A DNA stretch of 51,505 nucleotides from Holosporales bacterium (GCA_031266655.1 JAISAP010000047.1:1-51505), one strand, 5' to 3'. Positions 35,293-44,280 are shown, numbered from the stretch's first letter. The notes: generated by a model not told the origin, from the sequence alone. A program made the numbers and translations.

Positions 35293-35904
35293 ATGAAGGT
35301 TGTCTTGCACAAAGGGGATCTCCCTGCGGGAATGGAGTTCCCGAACGGAGTTGCCATCGATACGGAGGCGATGGGCCTGAAAATCGGCCGAGATCGGCTC
35401 TGCCTGGTGCAGCTCTGCGGAGGAGACGACGTCTGTCACTTGGTGCAAATTGCTCCTGTTCCTAGGGCAGCCCCGCACTTGGTGCGTCTCCTGGAAGACC
35501 GCACGGTATTGAAAATCTTCCACTTTGCGCGCTTCGATGTTGCTCTTCTGGAAAAGACTTTTCCGTGCACCGTCCGTCCTTTTTACTGCACAAAACTTGC
35601 CTCCAAACTTGTGCGTACCTACACGGACCGGCATGGTCTTAAAGAGTTGTGCAAAAGCCTGTTGCAAGTGGACCTTTCCAAGGAAGAACAGACGTCTGAC
35701 TGGGGAAGCGAAACGCTCAGTCCAGAGCAACAGCGCTACGCGGCAACAGATGTCCTCCACTTACACGCCTTGAAAAAGCGGTTAGACGCGATGATGCTAC
35801 GAGAAGAAAAGGTCGAGCTTCTGCAGGCCAGCTTTCGGGGGCTTGCAGAGATCCTGCTCCTAGAACAAGCTGGATTTGAGGCGGAGAGCTTGTTTCGCCA
35901 TTAA
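35293..35904 (+). CDS. rnd: Short RNase D-like 3'-5' exonuclease (DEDDy)
   Basis: VAIDTEAMGL (ExoI), HFARFDVALL (ExoII) and YAATDVLHL (ExoIII with Tyr). ~203 aa from the ATG at 35293. The track start at 35251 lies inside the tRNA. Confidence 0.85.
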   Translation: MKVVLHKGDLPAGMEFPNGVAIDTEAMGLKIGRDRLCLVQLCGGDDVCHLVQIAPVPRAAPHLVRLLEDRTVLKIFHFARFDVALLEKTFPCTVRPFYCTKLASKLVRTYTDRHGLKELCKSLLQVDLSKEEQTSDWGSETLSPEQQRYAATDVLHLHALKKRLDAMMLREEKVELLQASFRGLAEILLLEQAGFEAESLFRH

Positions 35905-35908
35905 CTGC

Positions 35909-36868
35909 ATGCTGCCGCTGTCCCCCCTCACGCGCTCTTATACCCTTCCCGGGAAGGCGCTTCTCTTCGGAGAATACGGCCTGCTCCTCGGTCTCCCGGG
36001 GGTCGTCGTCACGCTTCCTGCCTTCCCGATGGAGGTGGTCTGCAGCCTCATCCCTGCGAAAGGGACGCCGGAGGTTCGGATCAAGAGCGCTTTGTTGCCA
36101 AAGCAACACCTCACTCTGCGCGGAGGAGAGCGGGGATTTTTCCCGAGCCTGCTCGCTCCTTATCAGGAGGTGCTGACCCATTTTCGACGGAAAGGATACG
36201 ACCTGACCATGGCGGTCACTCGGTATTTTCCCCCTTCCCTAGGGATGGGATCCTCTTCTGCTCTGCTTGCCAGCTTCCACGCGTTTCTCTTCTCTTTTCT
36301 CGATGCGGCACCCCCTCTGAGCTCCCCGATCTTCTTTGAGCGCCTACACACCAGCATCAACGACTGTCAAGGGGCGGGGAGTGGATACGATGCGACCCTC
36401 CAGCTCGCCGCTCAGGGGAGTTCCGTTCCTCAGTTGTGGAGGTACCAACGCGCACCTCATGCGGCCCTGCCAGATTTTTCGGTTTTGCCTCCTTCTTCAA
36501 AAAAGGCCGTTCACTATGGCACGATCTTGAAAACCAACAGGTATGCGAGAACCAAAAAGGCGTTAAAAAGATTCGCGACAAGCGGAGATCCCTCCTTGGC
36601 ACAAGCGCATGGAGCGTTGGCGACGCGTTTTCTACAGGATCCCTCTCCGTCCCACCTTTTAGGCCTTATGGAAGAAGCGCAGCATCTCCAGAAGCAGCAA
36701 GGGATTCTGCCAAATCTTCCTCTGCTTCAGCGTCTGCGCGCAGCACAGGTTCCGTTCAAAAGCCTGGGGGCAGGATTCGGAGATTGTCTATGGTCTCCCT
36801 GGAAGGCAGAAGGCTTATCGGAATTCCAAGAGGCGATCGTAACGGAGGTGATTCTCCCATGCGCTTAG
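35909..36868 (+). CDS. mvaK2: Phosphomevalonate kinase (GHMP family)
   Basis: LPGKALLFGEYGLLLGLPGVV N-terminal motif and GHMP motif II PPSLGMGSSSALLASF. Its position next to MVD and MVK supports the call. The ATG at 35909 follows the rnd stop. PMK versus another GHMP kinase is inferred mainly from context. Confidence 0.7.
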   Translation: MLPLSPLTRSYTLPGKALLFGEYGLLLGLPGVVVTLPAFPMEVVCSLIPAKGTPEVRIKSALLPKQHLTLRGGERGFFPSLLAPYQEVLTHFRRKGYDLTMAVTRYFPPSLGMGSSSALLASFHAFLFSFLDAAPPLSSPIFFERLHTSINDCQGAGSGYDATLQLAAQGSSVPQLWRYQRAPHAALPDFSVLPPSSKKAVHYGTILKTNRYARTKKALKRFATSGDPSLAQAHGALATRFLQDPSPSHLLGLMEEAQHLQKQQGILPNLPLLQRLRAAQVPFKSLGAGFGDCLWSPWKAEGLSEFQEAIVTEVILPCA

Positions 36869-37977
36869 AGCTTTCTCCTGCTTTGCTCCCCATTTTGGAA
36901 AAAGCGCGACAGGCGGGTCTTGCACCCCGATCGGGGAGCTGCAGCGCACCTTCCAATATCGCTCTTATCAAGTATTGGGGAAAGGAGCCCGATGCGTTCC
37001 AAATCCCTCTCAACTCAAGCCTCAGCATGACCCTAGGGGGGTTCCGATCCTTCGTAACTCTGCGCTCCATCGAGCAGTCGGAGCACCTATTTTCTCTCAA
37101 CGACGTCATGGTGCCTCTTCCCGCGCGCTTGCAGACGGTGTTGGACTTTCTCCTGCCATCCCTGGGATATCCCGGCGGCCTTTCCATCACAGGTTCCGGC
37201 AATTTCCCCATCGCTTGCGGACTGGCGTCCAGCGCTTCAGGAGGAGCTGCCCTTATCGGCGCCCTGTCCGATGCCTTCCGCCTCCAAGAGGTTTTGTCCC
37301 CCGAAGAGCACCTCTTGTGGCTGACAGAAGGCGCTCGCCTCTTCAGTGGGTCGGCCACACGCTCCGTTCTCCCTGCTCCTTTTGTCCTGTGGGAGCGCTT
37401 GGCGGGTCAGAAGGCAACGCGCACAAGAGCGGTGCCCACAGGTTTTCCTCCTCTAGGACACGGTGTCGTTCTCATGGAAGCGGGGAAGAAGCCCTTCTCG
37501 AGCAGTCGGGGTCACGAGGCGGCGCCCACCTCCCCGTTGTTTCTATGGCATCAGGCTACCGTTCCCCAGGCGCTCCAAGAAGTGCAGAAAGCTCTGCTCT
37601 CAGGAGATTGGCAGACGCTTGCGCAGCATACAGAGCAGGAGGCGTTTGCGTTGCACGCCATCATGCAGACGGCCCATCCTCCTCTGCAGTGTCTGCCGGA
37701 GAAAACCCAGACTTTCTTGAACGCCTTTCTCTCAGAACGCCATCGGCATGCCTTGCGGGCGATGATTTCCCTGGATGCGGGTCCGAATGTGCACCTCCTG
37801 TTTCTCGAAGAAGACAAATCTGCGTTAGAGTCTCTTCTAGAGATAATTGCAAAGGCGCAAAAAATGTCCTTTTCTGTACTATGGAACAATGCTTCTGCAC
37901 CGATCGCACTTGGCAAAGATCAGGTGGATTCCCTGCCGAAGGCTCTTCTCCTTCAAAAGCACTTCTCCGGCTCATGA
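36859..37977 (+). CDS. mvaD: Diphosphomevalonate decarboxylase
   Basis: APSNIALIKYWGKEPD..IPLNSSLSMTL and GLASSASGGAALIGAL are hallmark MVD blocks. The ATG at 36859 overlaps the PMK end by 10 nt. The upstream part of track ORF 36436..37977 is read-through. Confidence 0.88.
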   Translation: MRLELSPALLPILEKARQAGLAPRSGSCSAPSNIALIKYWGKEPDAFQIPLNSSLSMTLGGFRSFVTLRSIEQSEHLFSLNDVMVPLPARLQTVLDFLLPSLGYPGGLSITGSGNFPIACGLASSASGGAALIGALSDAFRLQEVLSPEEHLLWLTEGARLFSGSATRSVLPAPFVLWERLAGQKATRTRAVPTGFPPLGHGVVLMEAGKKPFSSSRGHEAAPTSPLFLWHQATVPQALQEVQKALLSGDWQTLAQHTEQEAFALHAIMQTAHPPLQCLPEKTQTFLNAFLSERHRHALRAMISLDAGPNVHLLFLEEDKSALESLLEIIAKAQKMSFSVLWNNASAPIALGKDQVDSLPKALLLQKHFSGS

Positions 37978-38867
37978 CGGTACATGCCCACGCGGGGGGT
38001 AAACTTATTTTGGTCGGCGAGCATGCCGTTGTCTATGGACATCCCGCGGTCGCCATTCCCCTTCCTTCCCTCACGGTCGAAATCAGTGTGAACACTGCGC
38101 AGGAGCCAAATACCCTGTTCTCGGAAGAAGAATGGGGGAGGGTCATGCGCGCCTTCCTGCTCTGTCGCCAGCTCTTGGCGCGCCAATATCCTCCTATTCC
38201 GACAGGAGGCCTTCCTCCCTTGCGGATCCAGTCTTCTCTACCCCTTGGCAAGGGCTTGGGGGGAAGTGCGGCGGTGAGTATCGCGCTGGTACGGTTTTGC
38301 GCGCAATGGTTCTCGATCGATCTCACGGTGCGTGAAGTGGCCTCTTATGCAAACCAACTCGAGTCCATCTTTCACCATGCTCCCAGCGGGGTAGATGTCG
38401 AGACGGCCCTGTCCTCTGCTCCCCTCTTTTTCCAGAAAGGCCAACCAGGGCGCACGCTGCCCGCGCTTCCCCCTTGCAGTATCGTCCTGATCGATACGCG
38501 AGAGCATGCCTCTACGGAAAAGATGGTGCGGTGTTTGCAAAAACATCTGGAGGAGACCCCCGCCGACCATCAGCATTTGCAGGCGATAGGGTCCCTTGCC
38601 CAAGATGTGAGGCAAGCGATAGAGCAGCAAGATCTTCCACGGCTGGGCGCCTCTCTGACGCAGGCCCAGGGTCATTTGCGCGCGCTGCACCTATCGACGC
38701 CTGCCCTGGATCGCGCTGTAGCAACGTTGTGCGATAAGGGAGCGCTTGGGGCGAAGATGACAGGCAGTGGAGGCGGAGGAATAGCGTTCGGCGTGTTTTC
38801 CTCTCCGCCGGATCTCTCTTCGTTGCAAGCGTGCGGAGATACCTTTTTGTTAGACAGAACTCTGTAG
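37974..38867 (+). CDS. mvk: Mevalonate kinase
   Basis: GGKLILVGEHAVVYGHPAVAIP, PLGKGLGGSAAVSIALV (GHMP motif II) and KMTGSGGGGIAFGV (motif III). The ATG overlaps the mvaD stop as ATGA. The N-terminal 333 codons of track ORF 36975..38867 are out-of-frame read-through of mvaD. Confidence 0.88.
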   Translation: MTVHAHAGGKLILVGEHAVVYGHPAVAIPLPSLTVEISVNTAQEPNTLFSEEEWGRVMRAFLLCRQLLARQYPPIPTGGLPPLRIQSSLPLGKGLGGSAAVSIALVRFCAQWFSIDLTVREVASYANQLESIFHHAPSGVDVETALSSAPLFFQKGQPGRTLPALPPCSIVLIDTREHASTEKMVRCLQKHLEETPADHQHLQAIGSLAQDVRQAIEQQDLPRLGASLTQAQGHLRALHLSTPALDRAVATLCDKGALGAKMTGSGGGGIAFGVFSSPPDLSSLQACGDTFLLDRTL

Positions 38868-39464
38868 ATGCAGAAAAAGCACAACACACTGGATGTCCAG
38901 AACGAACGACGGCGTTCTGCCGCTGTGCGCAGGGCAGGATACAGTATCGCGGGCGTTGTCCTGGGTCTTATCGGCCTTTTCGCAGGCTTCCCCATCTTAA
39001 AGGAAGGGTTGTCCTCCCCTCCTACCTACGAACCCACGCCTTCCTCCCAGGGAGAAGAGCAGATCGTCGGATTATCGATGCGAGGAGAGACAGGGGACCC
39101 CAAAGAGCCCTTCTTTTTACTTTCCGATAAAGCGTACATGGTACAAAATAAGCAATACCTGGAGAATCCCTTCATGAAGGTTCCCAAGGATGGAAAGATG
39201 ATCCGATATTGGGGAAAAGAGGGGGAGTTGGATATGGAGAAGAATATTCTCGTGATGCGACGGGATGTGCGCGCCCTCACAGAGTCCGGGATCCTTGTGA
39301 TGACAGAAGAGGCCACCGTGGACGTAAAAAACAAAAAAGCGTGGGGCGAGGTGCCCGTCCGTGCCTTCTACCAGACTGGCCGTCTTACAGGAACTGCTTT
39401 CCGATACGATGGGAAACTAGGGCGCTTGTACGTTTCTGGTCTCGTGCGCATCACGGTCCATTGA
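38868..39464 (+). CDS. lptC: LPS export system protein LptC
   Basis: 198 aa, a single N-terminal TM segment (YSIAGVVLGLIGLFAGF), a beta-rich periplasmic part, and a position directly upstream of lptA-lptB-rpoN. The ATG immediately follows the mvk stop codon. Confidence 0.65.
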   Translation: MQKKHNTLDVQNERRRSAAVRRAGYSIAGVVLGLIGLFAGFPILKEGLSSPPTYEPTPSSQGEEQIVGLSMRGETGDPKEPFFLLSDKAYMVQNKQYLENPFMKVPKDGKMIRYWGKEGELDMEKNILVMRRDVRALTESGILVMTEEATVDVKNKKAWGEVPVRAFYQTGRLTGTAFRYDGKLGRLYVSGLVRITVH

Positions 39465-39479
39465 AGAAGTAAGGGAAGC

Positions 39480-40466
39480 ATGGTTTTCAAAAAGCGCCTT
39501 ATTATTGGATTCCTATCGTCCCTCGTACTTTGCCCTCGCGTGTCGACCTCAAAGGAGGCGGTCAAGGCACCTCCTCCTGCGGCTCCCAAGACCTCCTCTG
39601 CCTCCAAGACTCCAGCTCCTGTTCCTGCAGACAAGAAGCCCGCCTCTTCCGCGCCGTTGCGCGCTCCTCCATCGGTTTCTCTCATTCCGCCCCCCCCACC
39701 GGCGCCTCCCTCTCCTGCGGCGCCTCCGGCTTCCTCTCAGAGCGAGAGTGAGCCTCTTGAAGTGACAGCAGACTCCTGCGTAGCGGATGAGAATGCCAAC
39801 GTGGTGCAACTCAGTGGAAGGGTGGAGGCCATCCAAAAAGATCTGCACCTATGGGCCGATGAGGCGGAGGGAATTGCTCCTCCGGGCACGAAATTCGGTA
39901 TGAAAAACCCAGAGATTGTGGAAGCACGTGGTCAGGTGGTGGCCAAAACTCCTACACAGATGGGATATGCAGATACGGCAATCTATAAAACGGAAGAGCA
40001 GCATCTGCATCTCCAGGGGAAGGAGGTGCATCTCATGGGGGGAGATCACCGTCTGACAGCGGCAGAATCGGCGGATTATTGGGAGAATGATCTAAAAGCG
40101 GTGGCGCGTAAAAATGTGATTTTGCATACGAGCGATAAAGTGATCAAAACCGATGAGCTTTGGGTCTTTTTTAAGCGAAACGAAGAAGGTAAATTGGAAA
40201 TTATCTTCGCCTACAGTCCCATTCGTGTCTCCCTGGCGACTCCCGATGAGATTTTCATCGGGGATCAGGGGACCTACGACCCGAGGAGCGGGATGGCCAC
40301 TCTAGAAGGAAATGTCAGTGTGACGCGTCTTTCCGATCAATCTCGCTTGTCAGGCGCTTATGCAACGCTGGATCTTAACACAGGGGTGTCGCATGTCTAT
40401 GCGCATCCTCCTGCCTCTAGCAAGGCGGTTGTCGTCCCGATCCAAGGAAAGCTACCAGAGAAATAA
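39480..40466 (+). CDS. lptA: LPS transport periplasmic protein LptA (OstA-like) with a Pro/Ala/Ser-rich N-terminal extension
   Basis: Signal-like N-terminus, then ~80 aa of P/A/S-rich sequence (APPPAAPKTSSASKTPAPVPADKKPASSAPLRAPP...PPPPPAPPSPAAPPASS). An OstA-type fold signature follows (LEVTADSCVADENANVVQLSGRVEAIQKDLHLWADE ... ATLEGNVSV). Located between lptC and lptB. Confidence 0.75.
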   Translation: MVFKKRLIIGFLSSLVLCPRVSTSKEAVKAPPPAAPKTSSASKTPAPVPADKKPASSAPLRAPPSVSLIPPPPPAPPSPAAPPASSQSESEPLEVTADSCVADENANVVQLSGRVEAIQKDLHLWADEAEGIAPPGTKFGMKNPEIVEARGQVVAKTPTQMGYADTAIYKTEEQHLHLQGKEVHLMGGDHRLTAAESADYWENDLKAVARKNVILHTSDKVIKTDELWVFFKRNEEGKLEIIFAYSPIRVSLATPDEIFIGDQGTYDPRSGMATLEGNVSVTRLSDQSRLSGAYATLDLNTGVSHVYAHPPASSKAVVVPIQGKLPEK

Positions 40467-40474
40467 GGTAAGCT

Positions 40475-41224
40475 ATGCACGAAACGCACACCCTCTCTGC
40501 ACGCAAGCTCTCCAAGAGCGTGGGGAAACGCGCGGATCGCCGTGTGATCGTCAGCGATGTTTCCATGCATATTCACTCGGGAGAGGTAGTGGCCTTACTG
40601 GGCCCGAATGGAGCGGGAAAAACGACCTGTTTCTCCATTTTGTGTGGATTGATCCCTCCCGAAGGAGGACAAGTCTTTCTGGATGATGAGGACATCTCTT
40701 GCCTTCCCATGTACCGGCGCGCCCGGTTGGGGATCGGGTATCTCCCTCAAGAACCTTCCATCTTCCGGGGATTATCGGTAGAGGAGAACATTCTGGCCGT
40801 TTTGGAACGCATTGAACCGAATGAGCAGAAGAGGCAGGAGCGAACACGCAAATTGCTGGAGGATTTTTCTATCGCGCATCTCCATGCCACTCCTTCCCTT
40901 GCTTTATCGGGGGGGGAGCGCCGACGGCTAGAGATCGCGCGGGCTTTGGCGACCGATCCGGCGTTTATCTTACTCGATGAACCCCTCGCCGGCATCGATC
41001 CCATCGCGGTAGGTGATATGCGCACCCTGATCCATCACCTCAAGGATCGGGGCATTGGCGTTCTCATCACCGATCACAATGTGCGCGATACCCTGACCAT
41101 CGCGGATCGCGCTTATATCATGTTCGACGGCAAGATCCTTTCCGAAGGGTCTTCTGAGGAAATCATCAAAGACGAAAATGCGCGGCGCGTTTACCTTGGA
41201 GAAAGTTTTTCCCTCTACACCTAG
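40475..41224 (+). CDS. lptB: LPS export ABC transporter ATP-binding protein LptB
   Basis: Walker [10 protein letters not shown], signature [15 protein letters not shown], Walker B ILLDEP. 249 aa, upstream of rpoN. Confidence 0.93.
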   Translation: MHETHTLSARKLSKSVGKRADRRVIVSDVSMHIHSGEVVALLGPNGAGKTTCFSILCGLIPPEGGQVFLDDEDISCLPMYRRARLGIGYLPQEPSIFRGLSVEENILAVLERIEPNEQKRQERTRKLLEDFSIAHLHATPSLALSGGERRRLEIARALATDPAFILLDEPLAGIDPIAVGDMRTLIHHLKDRGIGVLITDHNVRDTLTIADRAYIMFDGKILSEGSSEEIIKDENARRVYLGESFSLYT

Positions 41225-41229
41225 AGGGG

Positions 41230-42591
41230 ATGGAAAAATATAGACTCCGTTTAGACGCACGTTTTGCCCCTTCTCTTGTGGTAACGCCACAGATGCGACT
41301 GGCCGTCAAAATGCTCCAAATGAGCAATATAGAGCTCTCCGAGTTTTTGCGCCAAAAAACAGAAACCAACCCTTTTGTCCAGCTCGAGACCTCCGGCCCA
41401 AGCAGTGCTTTGCCATCAGACACGCAAGGTTGGCGCGCGGAGGTGGAGCCTACTGATCCCTTTGCGCAGGTGATCGCGCCTGTCTCTCTGCGGGAGCACC
41501 TCATGAAGCAGCTTATGCTTATGAGCTCCGATCCAGAGAAGTGCCTGCTTGGGGAAGTGATGATTGACGCCTTGGATCCCCGCGGCTATTTCCTTCCGCA
41601 GGCGAAAAGCGCCGTTGTAGAGGTCGCCAACGTCTCTCCTGAGCAGGTGGAGGCGCTTCAGCGGGAGATGCAGCATTTTACTCCCGTGGGGATTTTCGCT
41701 TCCTCCTTAGAGGAGTGCTTTAAGCTTCAGCTAGCGGATTCTGGGGTCTTAACGCCAGCCATGCTGCAAATTATTGACCACCTAGAGCTTTTCAAAAATG
41801 GGCAGTTTGGAGCTCTGCAGCAGCTTTGTCACATGGACATATCAGAGATCCGCCATTGCGTGCAAAAACTGCGCACTCTGGCACCCTATCCTGCCGCTTC
41901 TTTTAGTACTGAGCCAATTTGGCCCCGTATTCCGGATTTGATCGCGGAGGATCTTGGAGGGGGGGATTGGAGGATCACCGTCAACCCCGAGACGCAGCCC
42001 GCCATCTGCGTCGATCGCACCTATTATGCCGAGATTTCGGCTCGCGCGCGCGCGCAAGAAGAGCAAAAATTCATGCGCCAGAACTTCTCTCAAGCTCTAT
42101 GGTTTGAGACCGTCTTGCAACAGCGTGCAGCAACCCTTGTTCGCGTCACCCGCGAGATCGTTCGCCAGCAAGAGGCTTTCTTCGAGAAGGGTATCCATTA
42201 CCTGAAACCTCTCTGTCAAAGACAAATCGCAGAGGAGCTGGATGTGCACGAAAGTACGATCAGTCGTGTTGTTTCCTCGAAAAGCCTGTGGACTCCTGCG
42301 GGCATTTTCGATCTTCGCCTCTTTTTCTCCTCTGGCGTACCAGACTGCGGAGAGGAGAACATCGTGCGTACGAGCCGTTCTGTATCTGCGCGTCTCAGGG
42401 AATTGATCCAAAAAGAGTCTCCTGCCGCTCCATTATCCGACGACCAATTGGCAACCCTTCTGTTCCAGCAAGACCGCATTGCGATTGCGCGTAGGACGGT
42501 GACCAAGCACAGGAATACTTTACGGATACCGACCGCAACGGAGCGCTACCGCACAGGCCAGATCTCACAGTGGGAATCTCTTCACGAGTGA
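41230..42591 (+). CDS. rpoN: RNA polymerase sigma-54 factor RpoN
   Basis: Region I LVVTPQMRLAVKMLQMSNIELSEFL, an HTH, and the RpoN box ARRTVTKHRNTLRIP near the C-terminus. Confidence 0.93.
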   Translation: MEKYRLRLDARFAPSLVVTPQMRLAVKMLQMSNIELSEFLRQKTETNPFVQLETSGPSSALPSDTQGWRAEVEPTDPFAQVIAPVSLREHLMKQLMLMSSDPEKCLLGEVMIDALDPRGYFLPQAKSAVVEVANVSPEQVEALQREMQHFTPVGIFASSLEECFKLQLADSGVLTPAMLQIIDHLELFKNGQFGALQQLCHMDISEIRHCVQKLRTLAPYPAASFSTEPIWPRIPDLIAEDLGGGDWRITVNPETQPAICVDRTYYAEISARARAQEEQKFMRQNFSQALWFETVLQQRAATLVRVTREIVRQQEAFFEKGIHYLKPLCQRQIAEELDVHESTISRVVSSKSLWTPAGIFDLRLFFSSGVPDCGEENIVRTSRSVSARLRELIQKESPAAPLSDDQLATLLFQQDRIAIARRTVTKHRNTLRIPTATERYRTGQISQWESLHE

Positions 42592-42595
42592 GCGT

Positions 42596-43561
42596 TTACG
42601 CGGATGCGCAATGTTGGGATGCTTCTCCCACAGGAAGAAATGACAAGGGGGAGACGGAGGCGGGGGTTCCTTGGAGAGGATAGGTGAACTCCCAGCTCTC
42701 TGGGCGCGCCATGAGCTCCGATACGAGTTGTGCGCTAAGGGCGTGCCCCGGGCGGTTCCCTGAAAAGTGCGCGACAAGAGGGGCTCCAAGAAGGGCCAAA
42801 TCTCCCAAGACATCCAGGACTTTGTGCCGAACAATCTCGTTTTTGAAGCGCAGTCCACCAGGATTGAGGGGTTTTCCTTCTGAAAACACCACGGCATTCT
42901 CCAACGAGGATCCTTTCGCAAGACCTTGCGCTCGCAGCGCTGTCACCTCCTCAAAAAAGCCAAAACTACGCGCGGGCGCGATGTCCCGGAAAAAAGACTG
43001 TGTCGTGAGGGCGGATTCGTAGCTCTCCGGAGGAACCTGGTGCGCGCTATAATCGCACGCGACAGAGACTGAAAAGCCAGAGGATGCGGGAAACAGGGCT
43101 TCCTTCCGATTTCCCTCTTGGACTTCAATCGGTTTACAGATACGCAAAAAGCGGCGCTGCGCCTTTTGTACAAGCCGACCCGCTTTCTGAAGGGCCTGCA
43201 CGTAGGGGCGTGCGCTTCCATCGAGAATCGGCACTTCCTCCGATGTCAGCTCGATGACAGCGTTATCGATGCCATACAAGAAGAGCGCGGCAAGTAGGTG
43301 TTCCACGGTTTGAACACATACCCCCTCCGCATTTCTCAGCGTTGTGCAGAGAGCACTTCTCTCCACCCATTTATGATGCACGGGAATACGGTTCTCTCGA
43401 TCGGTAACATCCGCACGTACAAAAACAAGCCCACTCCCTTCAGGAGCCGGCTGAATCTTCATACGCGCATGCCTGCCCTGATGCGTCCCTACGCCCTCAA
43501 AAGCAATAAGCTCCCGAACAGTTCCCTGGAGGGGAGAAGTAAACACATCTACCACGGACAC
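42596..43561 (-). CDS. lpxC: UDP-3-O-acyl-N-acetylglucosamine deacetylase
   Basis: FEGVGTHQG..., TVEHLLAALFLYGIDNAVIELTSEEVPILDGSARPYV, and RHKVLDVLGDLALLG with a His/Asp zinc site pattern. Confidence 0.93.
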   Translation of the reverse strand: MSVVDVFTSPLQGTVRELIAFEGVGTHQGRHARMKIQPAPEGSGLVFVRADVTDRENRIPVHHKWVERSALCTTLRNAEGVCVQTVEHLLAALFLYGIDNAVIELTSEEVPILDGSARPYVQALQKAGRLVQKAQRRFLRICKPIEVQEGNRKEALFPASSGFSVSVACDYSAHQVPPESYESALTTQSFFRDIAPARSFGFFEEVTALRAQGLAKGSSLENAVVFSEGKPLNPGGLRFKNEIVRHKVLDVLGDLALLGAPLVAHFSGNRPGHALSAQLVSELMARPESWEFTYPLQGTPASVSPLSFLPVGEASQHCASA

Positions 43562-43654
43562 CTAGTGCTGTATGGACTATCAATGCGCCCATCATAAGGG
43601 AAAAATGACTCTAGAGTGTTGATTGCTTGTTACAAATTGTTGCAGCCTCCGAGA

Positions 43655-43669
43655 GGATTGCATTTTGCA
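43655..43669 (+). promoter_or_regulatory. Weak candidate sigma-54 -24/-12 element
   Basis: aGGattgcattTTGCa has GG-N10-GC spacing identical to the TGGCACG-N4-TTGCW consensus. The -12 half matches well and the -24 half poorly. It lies about 55-65 nt upstream of ORF 43723/43735. Confidence 0.2.
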
Positions 43670-43722
43670 TTTAATTAAATAATTTTTTAACTATTTAGTC
43701 GCATAATCCAAAAAAAACGGAA

Positions 43723-44280
43723 ATGGAGACTTCCATGAGGAAAAGTATACTATGCTTTGCGGCAATATCGTGCGCGTTCATGAGTTTTGGGATGCAGCAG
43801 GATCCAGAGAGAGGGACCCTGATAGACCTCCAGCAAGCACCTGTTCTGCATCGTACGCTTTCCATGGATCCTCCCCCCGATCGTCCTGATCAGGCACAGC
43901 TTCCAGAGGAAGAGTTTCCCATGCAACTTTTGGCGGAAAGTCGGTGCGTTCTCTGGTGTTTGCGATTTGGTACCACCTGCTGTTTCCTTTCGCGGAATGT
44001 TCTCAACATTCTTTCCGTACTTCTTTACACCACGGCGAGCGGCCTCCTTATCGTACCCGAAAAGCTGACAGACGATTTCTCCACTCTGAAATGGTGCAAT
44101 ATAGCGGCTGTTTTTATGGTTGCAGGTGCCGCTGCCTCTCGAGAACTGGCCATACGCGCGCAAGATCACGTGATCAACAACGAGCGAGAATATGCCCGCA
44201 TCATGGAGTACCAGCGACAACAGCAGCAGCGGCAGACAGCGGAACTTGAAGGACAAACACCCGCTGCCACGGAAGTATGA
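43723..44280 (+). CDS. Hypothetical membrane/exported protein with a Gln-rich tail
   Basis: Leader MRKSILCFAAISCAFMSFG|M (the ATG at 43735 is the likely start). Two or three further hydrophobic segments (VLWCLRFGTTCCFL, ILSVLLYTTASGLLIV, IAAVFMVAGAAA) and a tail YQRQQQQRQTAE. Preceded by a very AT-rich spacer. Confidence 0.55.
   Translation: METSMRKSILCFAAISCAFMSFGMQQDPERGTLIDLQQAPVLHRTLSMDPPPDRPDQAQLPEEEFPMQLLAESRCVLWCLRFGTTCCFLSRNVLNILSVLLYTTASGLLIVPEKLTDDFSTLKWCNIAAVFMVAGAAASRELAIRAQDHVINNEREYARIMEYQRQQQQRQTAELEGQTPAATEV

Noticed and set aside
36436-38867. Track ORFs of 513 aa (36436..37977) and 630 aa (36975..38867), which suggest fused or very large mevalonate enzymes.
   Set aside because: The recognisable MVD and MVK sequences begin at internal ATGs (36859 and 37974). 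The upstream parts are alternative-frame read-through of the preceding genes, with Arg/Pro/Ser-rich nonsense composition.
39505-39848. Several overlapping ORFs on both strands within the Pro-rich part of lptA (39505..39765, 39530..39751 and 39549..39848).
   Set aside because: These are compositional artefacts of a CCN/GCN-rich segment. Only the lptA frame continues into a recognisable OstA-type domain.
43693-43702. An inverted copy of the CGACTAAA core of the paralog upstream element, near ORF 43735.
   Set aside because: Only 8 nt match, and about one to two chance occurrences are expected in 2 x 51.5 kb. The orientation is opposite and the flanks do not align.
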